The notes beneath the pieces were generated by a model. The model made no database searches. It saw only the letters and a list, made by a program, of their open reading frames with translations, and was not told the DNA's origin. This document shows, one piece after another, positions 1 to 10,815 of a stretch of 35,554 nucleotides of DNA. How positions within the stretch are numbered: position 1 is the first letter of the stretch; every line of letters starts with the position of its first letter. The stretch comes from Octopus bimaculoides. Its lineage: Eukaryota. The position numbers and the translations under genes are program-made. The stretch covers positions 55,257,879-55,293,432 of the forward strand of contig NC_068991.1 of the NCBI RefSeq assembly GCF_001194135.2. The letters are read 5' to 3'.

Positions 1-339
1 TGAGAATATATTGGTCAGCCTGTTAACTTTCCAGTCGATCCTCATAATAATAGAAGTTATTATTATTGAACATTTGTTTGTTTTGATACCCAAATTAGAA
101 AACTTCACCTTGTTTGTAAAACTTTTGGGTACTACAGAAGTGTGAACCCGAGTTCTGAGAGTGCGCATGTCACAAATTTGTGCGTGCACGCGCTTTAGTT
201 GTAAGTAGTCGATTTTAGCTCACAAGGCAAATGACGAGATGCGCAGATTCGCGCTACTTGCTGTAAAAGGAACGGGGTTATCCATGTAATACAAAAAGAA
301 AATTGCAGATAAGTTGAATATAAAAGTGAAAAAATAATC

Positions 340-1107
340 ATTGAATAGTGTTAGGTGGACAAAAAAGAAGCTTGAGGAAATGGACTGGAAAACTAGAAAA
401 GTGATTGCAATAAACGAGTAACTCCACTCCAAAAGTGATACCGACAGACTGTATGTACCTAGAAACAGTGATGGAAGAGGTCTCATAGGATGCAAGATCT
501 GTGTTGTCAACGAGAACAGTCTGGGATGGTACACCAAACAGCAGAGTGAATCCTTGCTCGCTGTTGTTAGAATTAACAATATAATACCTACCGAAAATGT
601 GATGCACTCAGAAACATTTAATAAACAAGGTGAAGAAGAAAGAGTAAACAATTGGAAAATGAAATCACTGCATGGGCAATACCTCAGAGAAATCGAAGGA
701 AAAGACAAAATCAACAGTTGGAGGTGGCTAAGAAAAAGTGAATTGATATGCAGCGCCCAGGAAAAACTCTGAGAGTTAATTACACCAAGTTCCAAATAGA
801 TAAGAGTAGCTAAGTTCGTCCACTAGAGGCTGTGTGAAAAGTATGGCCTGAACAGAGTACGATGGCACGAACATGTACCAGAAAGAGTCACCGAGAACAA
901 TCCAATGTAACTCTCTAATCGAGGTTCGGAGACCAGATATTGCTGCGGTAGATAAAGGTAAAATGGAAACCAAGATCATAGATATTGCAATGCCTGGAGA
1001 TGCACGCATAAGCGACAAAATAGTAGAAAAGATCGAAAAGTACAAACTACTAAAAGACGAGGTTGCAAGAATGTGGACTATGAGGAGTGTGTCTGTCATT
1101 CCAGTAG
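340..1107 (+). mobile_element. Degraded 3' part of an R4/Dong-like non-LTR retrotransposon (post-RT region and restriction-like endonuclease)
   Basis: Frame 2 from 422 reads LHSKSDTDRLYVPRNSDGRGLIGC...WKMKSLHGQYLRE; the 873-1112 frame reads RRPDIAAVDK...IIDIAMPGD...EKIEKY...VIPV, a PD-(D/E)xK RLE motif set. Stops and frameshifts are present, the CCHC knuckle appears deleted, and the element is cut at ~1107 by the RTE. Confidence 0.8.
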
Positions 1108-3056
1108 AATAATTACAGAGGAATCAAATTGCTGGACAAGGTGATGAAAGTCACAGAAATGGTCATAGCTCAATTAATTAGGAAGAGAACTAGTGTAGAT
1201 GACATACAGTTCGGATTTGTGCCAGGCAGGAGCACGACTGATGCAATATTCCTAGTTAGGCAACCGCAGGAGAAATATCTAGCCAAAAATAAACCCCTGT
1301 ACCTGGCTTTTGTCGACATGGAGAAAGCTTTTGACAGAGTCCCCCCGCTCCCTTATCTGGTGGTCAATACGGAAGTTAGGGACAGATGAGTGGCGGGTGA
1401 GAGCTGTACAAACCATATACAGGGATGCTGTCAGTAAGGTAAGGGTTGGCAACGGGTAGAACCATGAATTCAGGGTACAAGTAGGGGTTCACCAAGGATC
1501 AGCCCTTAGCCCCTTCTTGTTCATCATAGTCCTCCAGGCAATGACAGAGGAATTTAAGACAGGCTGCCCCTAGGAGCTCCTCTATGCTGATGACCTTGTT
1601 CTTATAGATGAATCACTACCAGAACTAGAGAAGAAATTTCAGGTATGGAAGCAAGGTCTAGAATCAAAGGGTCTTAGAGTTAATCTAGCAAAAACCAAAG
1701 TCTTAGCAAGTAGGACAGGACAGCAGACAAATTATAAATTCCTTCAAGTAGATGGCCCTGCTCGATCTGTAGAAAAGGTGTAGGTAGAAACTCCATAAAG
1801 TGTACCCGGTGTAAGCTATGGACACATAAGTGATACAGCAATACAAAGGAATGTTAACAGGGAAAAGAGTTTTGTGTGTGGAAGGTACACAGGTACAATT
1901 AACACCACAAATGTACAGAAAATAGACTCCATTAAAAGCCAGGGAGGAAAACTAGAGGTAATTGACAGCTCCCGTTACCTAGGTGACTAAGTAGGTAGCG
2001 GAGGTGGATACTCTGAAAGCATAGCTGCAAGAATAAGTTTAGGCTGGGCAAAGTTCAGAGAGGTCATACTCCTATTGGTAACAAAGGGCCTCTCAGAGTG
2101 AAAAGCTGATGGTAAGATACTTGTGTGCGAACAGCCATGCTACACAGCAGTGAAACTTGGGCTGTAACTGCCGAGGATATGCGAAGACTTGAAAAAAATG
2201 AAGCTAGTGTGCTTTGCTCGATGTGCAATGCCAGTGTGCATGCACGACAGTGTGTGAACATCTTGAGAGAGAAGTTCGACATAAGAGGCATCATATGTGG
2301 TGTGGAAGAAAGATAACTGCGCTGGTATGATCATGTGATTTGTATGGATAAGGACAGCTGTATAAAGTGCCGATCTCTAACAGTGGAGGGAACCTGTGGA
2401 AGAAGTAGACCCAGGAAGACATCGGATGAGGTGGTGAAGCACGATCTTCCAATGCTGGGCATCACGAAGGCAATGGCTGGTGACCGAGACCTTTGGCGAT
2501 ACTCCGTGCTTGAGAAGACCCTTCAAGCCAAGTAAAAATGCAATCGTGACTGATGCGCGTCGCATAACTGGCACTCGGGCTGGTAGCAGGTAAGAAGCGC
2601 CCTTCAAACGTTGGGCGATATGCTGCACTTGCCAAGACCTGTCAAACCAAGTAAAATCATATTTGTGGCTGATTCCAATGTCACGTAACTGGCACCCATG
2701 CTAGTGACACGTAAAAAGCGCTTTACGAACTCTGGGCCTCACAGAGGCAGTGACAAGTAACCGAGAAATTTGGGAATATACCGTGCTTGAGAAGACCTGT
2801 CAAGCCAAGTGAGATTATAGTTGTGACCGATGCCGGTGTTTCAAAACCAGCATCTGAGCCGGTGACACTTACAAAACACCCACTACACTCTTGGAGTGGT
2901 TGGTGTTATGAAAGACATCCAGCTGTAGAAACCACGCCAAATCAGATTGGAACCTGGTGCAGCTCTCCAGCTTACTAATTTTCAGTCAAACCGCCCAATG
3001 CATGCCAGCATGGAAAACGGACGTCAAATGATGATGATGATGATGATGATGATGAT
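1108..3056 (+). mobile_element. 5'-truncated, degraded RTE-clade LINE (reverse transcriptase, 3' UTR, (ATG)n tail)
   Basis: NYRGIKLL, QFGFVPGRSTTDAIF, AFVDMEKAFDRVP, GVHQGSALSPFLF, LLYADDLVL, YLGD, SETW, LRWYDHV, GRSRPRKT; the ORF end stop is at 2533-2535 and the (ATG)n tail at ~3028-3056. A Cys/His-rich insert (CSICRKG...CTRCKLWTH) lies at ~1755-1830. Confidence 0.93.
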
Positions 3057-4562
3057 ATCTATCTATCTATATATAATGTACGGTGAATTTATGAAATTAA
3101 GTTTCATAAATCCCATCAATTTTATTAGAAATGGAGGAGACAAGTTAAAATTTATAAGAAGTTTAATTCTTGCAGGATATCGTTTCGTACATAGATATAA
3201 TAATAAATTAAGTTCACGATTGAATTAAATTAAATTAATTAAATATCAACGTACTATTCAGTGCAGGAAAGAAAGAAACCGTAATACAAGGAACTTAAAA
3301 AAGAAATATAGGAGGAAAATTGGATCTAGGAGATTCATATTGGTATCCGGGTGAGAAGGAGATGGGAGTCATGTCGGATATTTAACCATAACTAACGGCA
3401 TCAACGGTTATTCGAAGATATAAGTAAAGAGGTATCGGAGACGTTCCCTCTATGGATGAGTATGGAAATTAGAATTATAGCTCCATATAAGTAGTGTAGG
3501 GCAAATAAGTATTAAAAATATCCAATGGGAAGACAATACAGAATTTAAATTAAAATTAGAACCGTTGAAATCAATACGTAGTATAATGTATTTAGAAAAC
3601 AATTCTATACATATGAATGAAGGTTAGCGTGAGGAAGTGGTATATGAGAAGCTAACTAGATTGTTAACGTAAACAAATGGCAGAAGGAATAGAGGAATGA
3701 GAATGAGTTCAAGATAGATGATGTATATAAAGGACTCATGTTTGAATAAAAAAATCATATTAGGTAACACGTATTAATGATAGAGTAGAAAAAATAAGTA
3801 AAAACAGAAAAAGAAGTTGTTAAAAAATTGAATTAGGAAATTAAGTTAGAGACCAAAATAAATGTAGGGGAGATAACTGAGTGGAGAAAGAGGATTAAAA
3901 AAAATAAAACTTTGGATAGGAATGTGTTGGTTATACAGAAGGTGTGTTTCAGTATATATAAAAAGATTATTTCAGAGGTGATAATCCAACTTAGTATTAT
4001 GTGAGAAGGATTTAGAATGGCAGTATGGTCGTAATGGTATTCGAGTTGTAGGGGTGCCGTGTCAGTATGAATATAAGAAAAAAATACAAGTAGAAGAGTA
4101 CACATAAGTGTACAAAAATTTACACATAATATAGAAGGAATATAATCTAATAAGGAGAAGAATGTGTGTATGTTTAGTCATATGTGTGTAGAGAGAGACA
4201 TATTTACACATGAGTATATAGATACAGGAATTCTTGTGGATATACGATTAAGGTATACATGTAAAGAAACTACAAATATACCCATACAGGTGCGAAAAGA
4301 GGGGGGACACACACACACACACACACAAATATACATATAACTACACGCACATAATAAATTGTGTATACATGTATGCGAACATACATATATACGCGGATAC
4401 ACACGTTCATATTAATATACGTGTCTGTACCTACATATAAAAGTAATCACGTACATATAAGATCCATACTTAGATATGCATACATGGATGTAGACATGTA
4501 GAACACCTAAAAGTCGTACATGAGCATACATGTGTACATTTGCCAGCAGTAAAATATACGTA

Positions 4563-4879
4563 GTGGAGGCGCAATGGCCCAGTGTTTAGGGCAGCGGACT
4601 CGCGGTCGGAGGATTGCGGTTTCGATTCCCAGACCTGGCGTTGTGTGTGTTTATTGAGCGAAAACTCCCTAAAGCTCCACGAGGCTCCGGCAGGGGGTGG
4701 TGGTGACCCCTGTTGTACTCTTTCATCCCAACTTTCTCTCATTCATTCTTCCTGTTTTTTGAGTAACGCTGCGATGGACTGGCACCCCATCCAGCTGGAA
4801 GGGGGGCGGGGCAACACATACGCCATAGAAACCGGGCCCATGAGCCTGGCTAGGCTTTAAAAGGGCGCATAAAAAAAAA
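4563..4879 (+). mobile_element. tRNA-derived SINE (head A, body A, tail with V-domain-like motif)
   Basis: A-box-like TGGCCCAGTGTTTAG and B-box-like GGTTTCGATTCCC; the first ~190 bp are shared with the 19975-20362 copy; GCGATGGACTGGCACCCCATCCAG at 4771-4794; A-rich end. Confidence 0.85.
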
Positions 4880-5850
4880 TATATATACGTAATTATAAGG
4901 TATAGTAACAAATAGCATAAACCAGTAATAGTTAGTATGTTGAGAGGGGGGAGAGGTACAAGAAAGGGAGTACATGGACACATACAAATAAAATACAAAA
5001 AAGTGTAAGTATATTACATACTAAGGAAAGATATAATTTCCTATATCCAAACATGTAGGGGAAAAAGTGTAGGGAGAGATAAATAGAGTGATAGCCCTAT
5101 ATATGGTGGGATATGCATTTGTCAGAAGTGTAAAGTATTTCTATTTTTTTACATAGGTATGTACAGTGTATCACGAAATTCATCCTTATATGGATAAATG
5201 CAAAGTACTATCTTAATAAAATGCAAGAAAATCTTTCTTTTAGAAATCAAATTTCTAAAATCGGTTGGACTTATTTATAATAAAGCAAATAATGGAATAT
5301 TTTACGTTCTAAAATTTGTGAGCAACTAAATAGTTCCAAATTCCTAGGGACACAACTCTACTTGATCTTTTAAATTTCTTTTGTCACTAGTGAATTACTG
5401 GGTTTTGTCCCATTAAACAGAAGGCGTGTTCTTACCATCTTTGTTGTGAATCAGATAAGTTACCTAGAGTCAACGCTAAATAAAACACTAGAAACTATTA
5501 GCACTTTGTTGAGCAATGAAAAGATTTGTTAAGTTCTGTCGTTGAAGGTATACGAATGACAGAGCACAAAACATGCAGTGTTTAGTTTCGTCATCCTTAT
5601 GTAGAGTTTAGATGTTCCCAGAGATGACTTTGTTTTCTATCTACGAGATAAAAATTAGGTATTAAGCATTATGTGGAGTCTGGATTATCTACAGCACTTA
5701 TTCCTATGTATTTTTGGCTTTTGGTCAAATCAATAAATTCTCAACAAGATGAAAAGAATATCTATCTATTTATCTCTGTGTGTGTTTGTGTGTGTGTGTG
5801 TGTGTTTGTTTGTATGTGTGTGTGTGTGTGTACACATATACTTTTTAATT

Positions 5851-6095
5851 CTTTTACTTGTTTAAGTCATTTTCACTGCGGCCATGCTGAAGCAGCACCT
5901 TCAGAGGTTTCAGTCGAAACAGATCAATGTCAAGACTTATTTTTTTAAGCCTAAGACTTATTCTATTGGTCTCTTTTGACGAACCGCTAATTTATGGGGA
6001 CGTAAACACACCAACATCGGTTGTCAACCGATAGTGGGTGGGTGGGGGACACAAACACAGGCATAAATATACAAATACACGCACACACTTGTGTG

Positions 6096-6133
<38 letters not shown>

Positions 6134-6320
6134 CGTGTGTGTGTGTGTGTGTATACACGACGGGCTTGTTTAAGTTTCCGCCTACCAAATCCACTCACAA
6201 GGCTTTGGTCGGCCCTAGGATATAATAAAGATACTCAGTAAAGGTGCTACGCGGTTGGAATGAACCTGGAATCTTGTGGTTGGGAAACAAGCTTCTTACC
6301 ACACAGCCACGCCTGCGCCT
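5851..6320 (-). mobile_element. tRNA-derived SINE with internal (CA/GT)n microsatellite
   Basis: The reverse complement starts AGGCGCAGGCGTGGCTGTGTGGTAAG and is colinear with the 6762-7173 and 17632-18023 copies. Confidence 0.88.
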
Positions 6321-6761
6321 CCTTGTTTTTGTGTGCATTCGCTGCTTTCTTCCAGGGAGTCTGGTGCTCTTGGCTTGGTTTTTCCTTGGGGCTGGTCGGA
6401 TTGGAGCAATGTCGAGAGTGACCAGCCGAAATTGCAGGGATAGTCTTGGTCTCGACTGGGGAGGGAGGGCTCCGGATGGCCTGTCCGTGTTTTCTTTGTG
6501 TCGTCTATCTGGATGTTTTGTCCCTTTCCTGTATCACCTAGCTGTCTGGATGTTTTGTGTTCTTGTCCCATTCTATATTATTTATTTATTTATATATAGC
6601 GGCTTACGTACACTTTGTCTCTTATATGTAAGTACATACATACATACATGCATGCATGCATGCATACATACATACATATATACATGCATATATGCGCACA
6701 CACACGCACATACACACACGCACACACACACACACAAACACACACATATACATATAAAGTA

Positions 6762-7173
6762 AGGCGTAGGAGTGGCTGTGTGGTAAGTAACTTGCTCACC
6801 AAACACATGGTCCCGGATTCAGTACCACTGCGTGGCATCTTGGGCACCTGTCTTCTACTATAGCCTCGGGCCGACCAAAGCCTTGTGAGGGGATTTGGTA
6901 GACGGAAACTGAAAGAAGCCTGTCGTATATATGTATATATATATGTATGTGTGTATGTGTTTGTATGTCTGTGTTTGTCCTCCCAACATCGCTTGACAAC
7001 CGATGCTGGTGTGTTTATGTCCCCGTAACTTAGCGGTTCGGCAAAAGAGACCGATAGAATAAGTACTAGGCTTCCAAAGAATAAGTCCTGGGGTCGATTT
7101 ACTCGACTAAAGGCGGTGCTCCAGCATGGCCACAGTCAAAAGACTGAAACAAGTAAAAGAGTAAAAGAGTAAA
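6762..7173 (+). mobile_element. tRNA-derived SINE with internal microsatellite (same family as 5851-6320)
   Basis: Head AGGCGTAGGAGTGGCTGTGTGGTAAG, internal (TA/TG)n, tail GGCGGTGCTCCAGCATGGCCACAGTC...ACTGAAACAAGTAAAAGAGTAAAAGAG. Confidence 0.9.
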
Positions 7174-7649
7174 CAGGGTGTGCATTGCGCTTCATGGATG
7201 TATCAAGGGCTGAACAGAAAGAAGACAACAGGGAGAAAAAGATAGGGGAAAACTCCGTTTGCTCTGCTTTTGTCTAACTTTTTCTCCATGTGTTCTTTCT
7301 GTTCAACCTTTGATACATACATATACATATATATATACACACATATACATATACAGGCGCAAGCGCATGCACATATGACGATACACATTGAAGAACAGAA
7401 TGGACTAAGTGGAGTAGGAGTACATATGAGGACAGAAAGTGTCGCTGAAGAGGTTACAGATGTTTGACGAAAGATTTCTAGATAATGGATATGAGCTAAA
7501 ATAAGAACAGTAACAAACGAGTGGAGAATGAATATATAGTGCGTGAGTTTATTTGTAAAAAAAAAAAAATTACCATCTCGGAATATGTATTTGAACACAT
7601 GGTTTCACATTCGGAATCCTGCAACACAAATTCATAAATACGTGTATAT

Positions 7650-7678
7650 CTATCTATCTATAAATAAATAAATAAATA

Positions 7679-7760
<82 letters not shown>

Positions 7761-7775
7761 TGAGAGAGAGAGAGA
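7650..7775. repeat. Compound microsatellite (ATCT)n(AAAT)n(TA)n(GA)n
   Basis: Directly visible. Confidence 0.95.
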
Positions 7776-7898
7776 GATTCAATCGAAAAAAAAACAAGCA
7801 ATATATATTGGGTATACACACAAAAACAAAAAAAAACAAAACAAACAAAACAAGGTGATGTAATCGTGAATTGGAAATATGTAAAAAGATAAAAGTAT

Positions 7899-8490
7899 TT
7901 ATGCGTACATATTAAGACGTGTTCTGTATTTTTCAATGCAAAAAGTTTCTTTATTTAAACGTTCATGTGGAGAGATTGTGTCTTTGCACTGGTAGAAGGG
8001 GAAGACTGTGAAATTTGGTTTGATGTAATCTGCACATTTTTCTTTATGTTCACTGAGAGGAATTTGCCTGTACTGCGGGAAACGGATTTGTTCTTTATGT
8101 AGAGTGGTTCTCCTTCTCAAGGTCATACTCGTCTGTCCAATATAGTTATGTCTGCAACCCGAGCAGGTTATTACATAATTTAGGTTCTCAGAGGCACAAG
8201 TGAAGCTAGTTTTAATTGTAAACCTCTGTCTTTGTTTGAAAAGGAAATCCGAGCCTTCAAGTAAGTTGGGGCAGGTTCCACAGTTTGAGCATCCACATTT
8301 TTTTAACTGTTAGTTTCGTGGTTGTTTTGTAGAGCTTCACATTTGTTAGTAGTCTCTTTAGCAATTTGTGTTGCTTTTTGCATTTGATGAGTTTGTGTGT
8401 TTTCAGGATGTCGTTCATTTTTGGATCTCTATTTAGTAAAGGAAGATTTTGTACAATAGTGTTGAATAGACTACTAACAAGTTTAAATTA
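7899..8490 (-). mobile_element. Penelope-like element 3' fragment: linker, Cys-rich knuckle and GIY-YIG endonuclease
   Basis: Minus-strand translation FNTIVQNLPLLNRDPKMNDILKTHKLIKCKKQHKLLKRLLT, then a frameshift in an A7 run at ~8300, then KCGCSNCGTCPNLLEG...FTCASENLNYVITCSGCRHNYIGQTSMTLRRRTTLH...RLNMYA* (stop 7899-7901). Confidence 0.88.
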
Positions 8491-8520
8491 AGAATCATAT
8501 TCCTTTCGATAAAAGTATGA

Positions 8521-8700
8521 TTACAAAACTTCTTTGTAGAGGATATTTTCTGTTTGGTCGACATAATTTTCAAATTACTGGAGTTCGTTGCTCTACTCAT
8601 AGCGACGTATAACTGGCTGTGTGTAAACATTGGAGTGGGTAAAAGTACATCTATGTGATCTAAAGTTTGGCCCTGTGCCTTGTTTGCTGTGAATACGTGA
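8521..8700 (-). mobile_element. Helitron RepHel C-terminus (PIF1-type helicase motifs), degraded
   Basis: FTANKAQGQTLDHIDVLLPTPMFTHSQLYVAMSRATNSSNLKI matches PIF1-type INKSQGQT/HGQLYVALSR; a frameshifted TENILYKEVL* (stop 8521-8523) matches the usual Helitron ORF end. Confidence 0.85.
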
Positions 8701-8980
8701 GCGGAATCTTTAAAGTTGAAACAAACCAAACTAAGACTTACATCTCACTGTTCTCTGTGAATAATGTTTGGATGGTCTGGTACCATGGGTTATTTTGATT
8801 GACAAAAGTGAGATGCAAACAGCTCCTTCGAATCCTGCTCATGACTGACACACTTCAATAACCACTAAATAATCACACACACTATATACTGACACAGACT
8901 TTCCCCATCTCATTTTCACTATTAACTGCCCTTGCGACCCTCTTCGTATCTATGATCGGACCATGAACTATACAATGAAA

Positions 8981-9559
8981 ATCCAGAGTTACTCATGGTC
9001 AGTGAATTTTTGATAAAAATGTGAAGGTGGTTTATCAATTCAAAAATCAATATCTACAAGATAATCATACTTTCTGATATTTTAATGCTAAAAACTTTCC
9101 TGACGACTGTCTTTGGGTACCTTTTGGTTATCTCACCCCCATTAAAAAATTGCCATTAAAAAATTGGGTTATCGCCCTACTAAAAAGTTGAGTTTATGTG
9201 GTAACAAGAGATTGGATTAAAAAGGGTTAGATACTTTTGATTCAATACTTCAACACATTGTTGACTTTTGGCTTCCTCAATAGGAATGGTAGGATTTGTT
9301 ATAAAAATATTATCAGATTCAATAAGATGTCTAATCTTTTCATTTTTCATGTTTATCAAGTTTTAATTTTTTTTTGTTTTATTGAGGGTTAAACAATTTT
9401 TTTAGTTGGGGGAGATAACCCGATTTTTTAATGGGGGTGAGATAACCAAAAAGTACCCGTCTTTGTAATCCTGAAAAATATCGTAACCATTGGTCTAGCC
9501 ATCTGGCCATGAAGAGGGAACAGACAAAGAGATGGACATAATGCCCATTATAGTAAGAT
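8981..9559 (+). mobile_element. Non-autonomous Helitron/HINE-like repeat, copy 1 (interrupted by a MITE)
   Basis: Colinear with 9658-9900: ATCCAGAGTT...GTAATCCTGAAAAA...GAAGAGGGAACAGACA...CATTATAGTAAGAT, with no TIR or TSD. The Helitron class is inferred from the end structure and adjacency to the helicase fragment. Confidence 0.55.
9115..9458. mobile_element. MITE with ~60-bp TIRs and a target-site duplication (possibly Merlin-type)
   Basis: GGTACCTTTTGGTTATCTCACCCCCATTAAAAAATTG (9116) versus the reverse complement of 9421-9457 shows 2 mismatches in 37 bp; GTCTTT flanks both sides (9109-9114, 9459-9464). Confidence 0.88.
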
Positions 9560-9657
9560 AGTAAATCTGCCCATCTATGATGGGGAAATAAAGGGATAGT
9601 ATCGCAAATCTAAACCCTCTAAATTCACGAATTATACGGGGGTGGGGGATGTGAGGA

Positions 9658-9900
9658 ATCCAGAGTTAATCCTTGTTGCCGAAATTTTAACAAAAAAAAA
9701 AAAAAATCAAAGGTAATTTATTAATATAAAACTCAATATCTACTAAATAATCATACTTTTTCACATTTTTTTTTTGCTAAAAAACCTTCCCAATTACCTC
9801 CTTTGTAATCCTGAAAAACATTGTCCCCATTAATCAAGCTGTTTTGGCCGTGAAGAGGGAACAGACAGACAGATGGATATAATGTCCATTATAGTAAGAT
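9658..9900 (+). mobile_element. Non-autonomous Helitron/HINE-like repeat, copy 2 (empty site for the MITE)
   Basis: Matches copy 1 on both sides of the MITE insertion point and ends CATTATAGTAAGAT. Confidence 0.55.
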
Positions 9901-10241
9901 TTAGAGACAGTTGGTACAAACATTTAAAAGAATTATAGCTGAACATTACAGAAGGGAGAACAAAACAGTTAGTTTAAAAGACAATATTAAACACAAATGG
10001 CAGTTAATGAAAGACATTTTATTCTAGAAAAATAGAAAGTAATCAAAAATATGTAGTGTAAATATGTACACTAAATTAATGCGAATTTTAAAATTCCTTA
10101 CATGAACTTTAAACAGTATGGTTAACATTAAAAGTTAGTGAGAAACAGGTGTTACTTTAATATAAACTGGCTCAGATGGATATTTTAATAGGGATAGCTT
10201 CAATAACAATGGTACAAACTGGCAAGGGCTATTTACTTTAA

Positions 10242-10635
10242 CAGTGTTTCTCAACACTTTTTTTTTACCTATGAATCCTTTTGATTCCTATTTTACTTGG
10301 ATAGACCCTCCCAGCCATTCAATGTTTAAAAAATACTGTAATATTTATATAAATGTTAAAGTAGTGGTTCTCAACCAGGGTTCATATGGCCCTTGGAGGT
10401 CCATATCAGATTTTGTTGTTAAAATTTATGAAGAATAAACTGGTTTATACTTCTACAATACACAAAATATTTTTACAATTTAAAAAAAATTTCCTATTAT
10501 TAGGAATTTTTTAAAAAATTGTTAAAATATTTTATTTATAAAAGAAGTATAAACCAGTTTATTCTCCATAAATTTCAACAACAAAATCTGATATAGACCC
10601 CCAAGGGCCATATGAACCCTTGTTGAGAACCACTG
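10242..10635. mobile_element. hAT (Charlie-like) MITE containing an internal inverted duplication of its right half
   Basis: Ends CAGTGTTTCTCAAC (10242) and GTTGAGAACCACTG (10622-10635); 10354-10643 forms a ~290-bp near-palindrome centred at ~10498. Confidence 0.8.
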
Positions 10636-10752
10636 CTTTAACAGTTGAATATAGATGTTTGTTAGTGTATCTATGTGCTATATAGATATGACTGTAAAAC
10701 AAGAAATGAATGGGTTAATATAGAAGATTTTAGTTACTGTTATTGAATCAAA

Positions 10753-10758
10753 TTTATT
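10753..10758 (-). terminator. Polyadenylation signal AATAAA of the MS4A-like gene
   Basis: TTTATT on the + strand, about 58 nt downstream of the stop codon. Confidence 0.55.
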
Positions 10759-10815
10759 AATCAAAACACAAAATTAAAATATGCATATTTCCAAACTATT
10801 TCTCATTTTCACAAT

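Noticed and set aside
220-795. 191-aa minus-strand ORF
   Set aside because: It is the antisense shadow of the R4/Dong LINE fragment.
3060-4110. Possible mitochondrial insertion (NUMT)
   Set aside because: The frame examined under the invertebrate mitochondrial code still contains TAA stops, and no mitochondrial protein or RNA motif was recognisable.
4563-4640. tRNA-like sequences at SINE heads (also 20290-20362, 27154-27230, 32310-32384)
   Set aside because: These are A/B-box heads continuing into SINE bodies, with no complete cloverleaf; they are not tRNA genes.
6244-6762. 172-aa plus-strand ORF
   Set aside because: It spans a SINE head, a repeat spacer and microsatellite; no coherent protein.
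7204-7312. Small inverted repeat resembling the region upstream of hammerhead family 2
   Set aside because: It is too short and degenerate to classify, and no ribozyme core is present.
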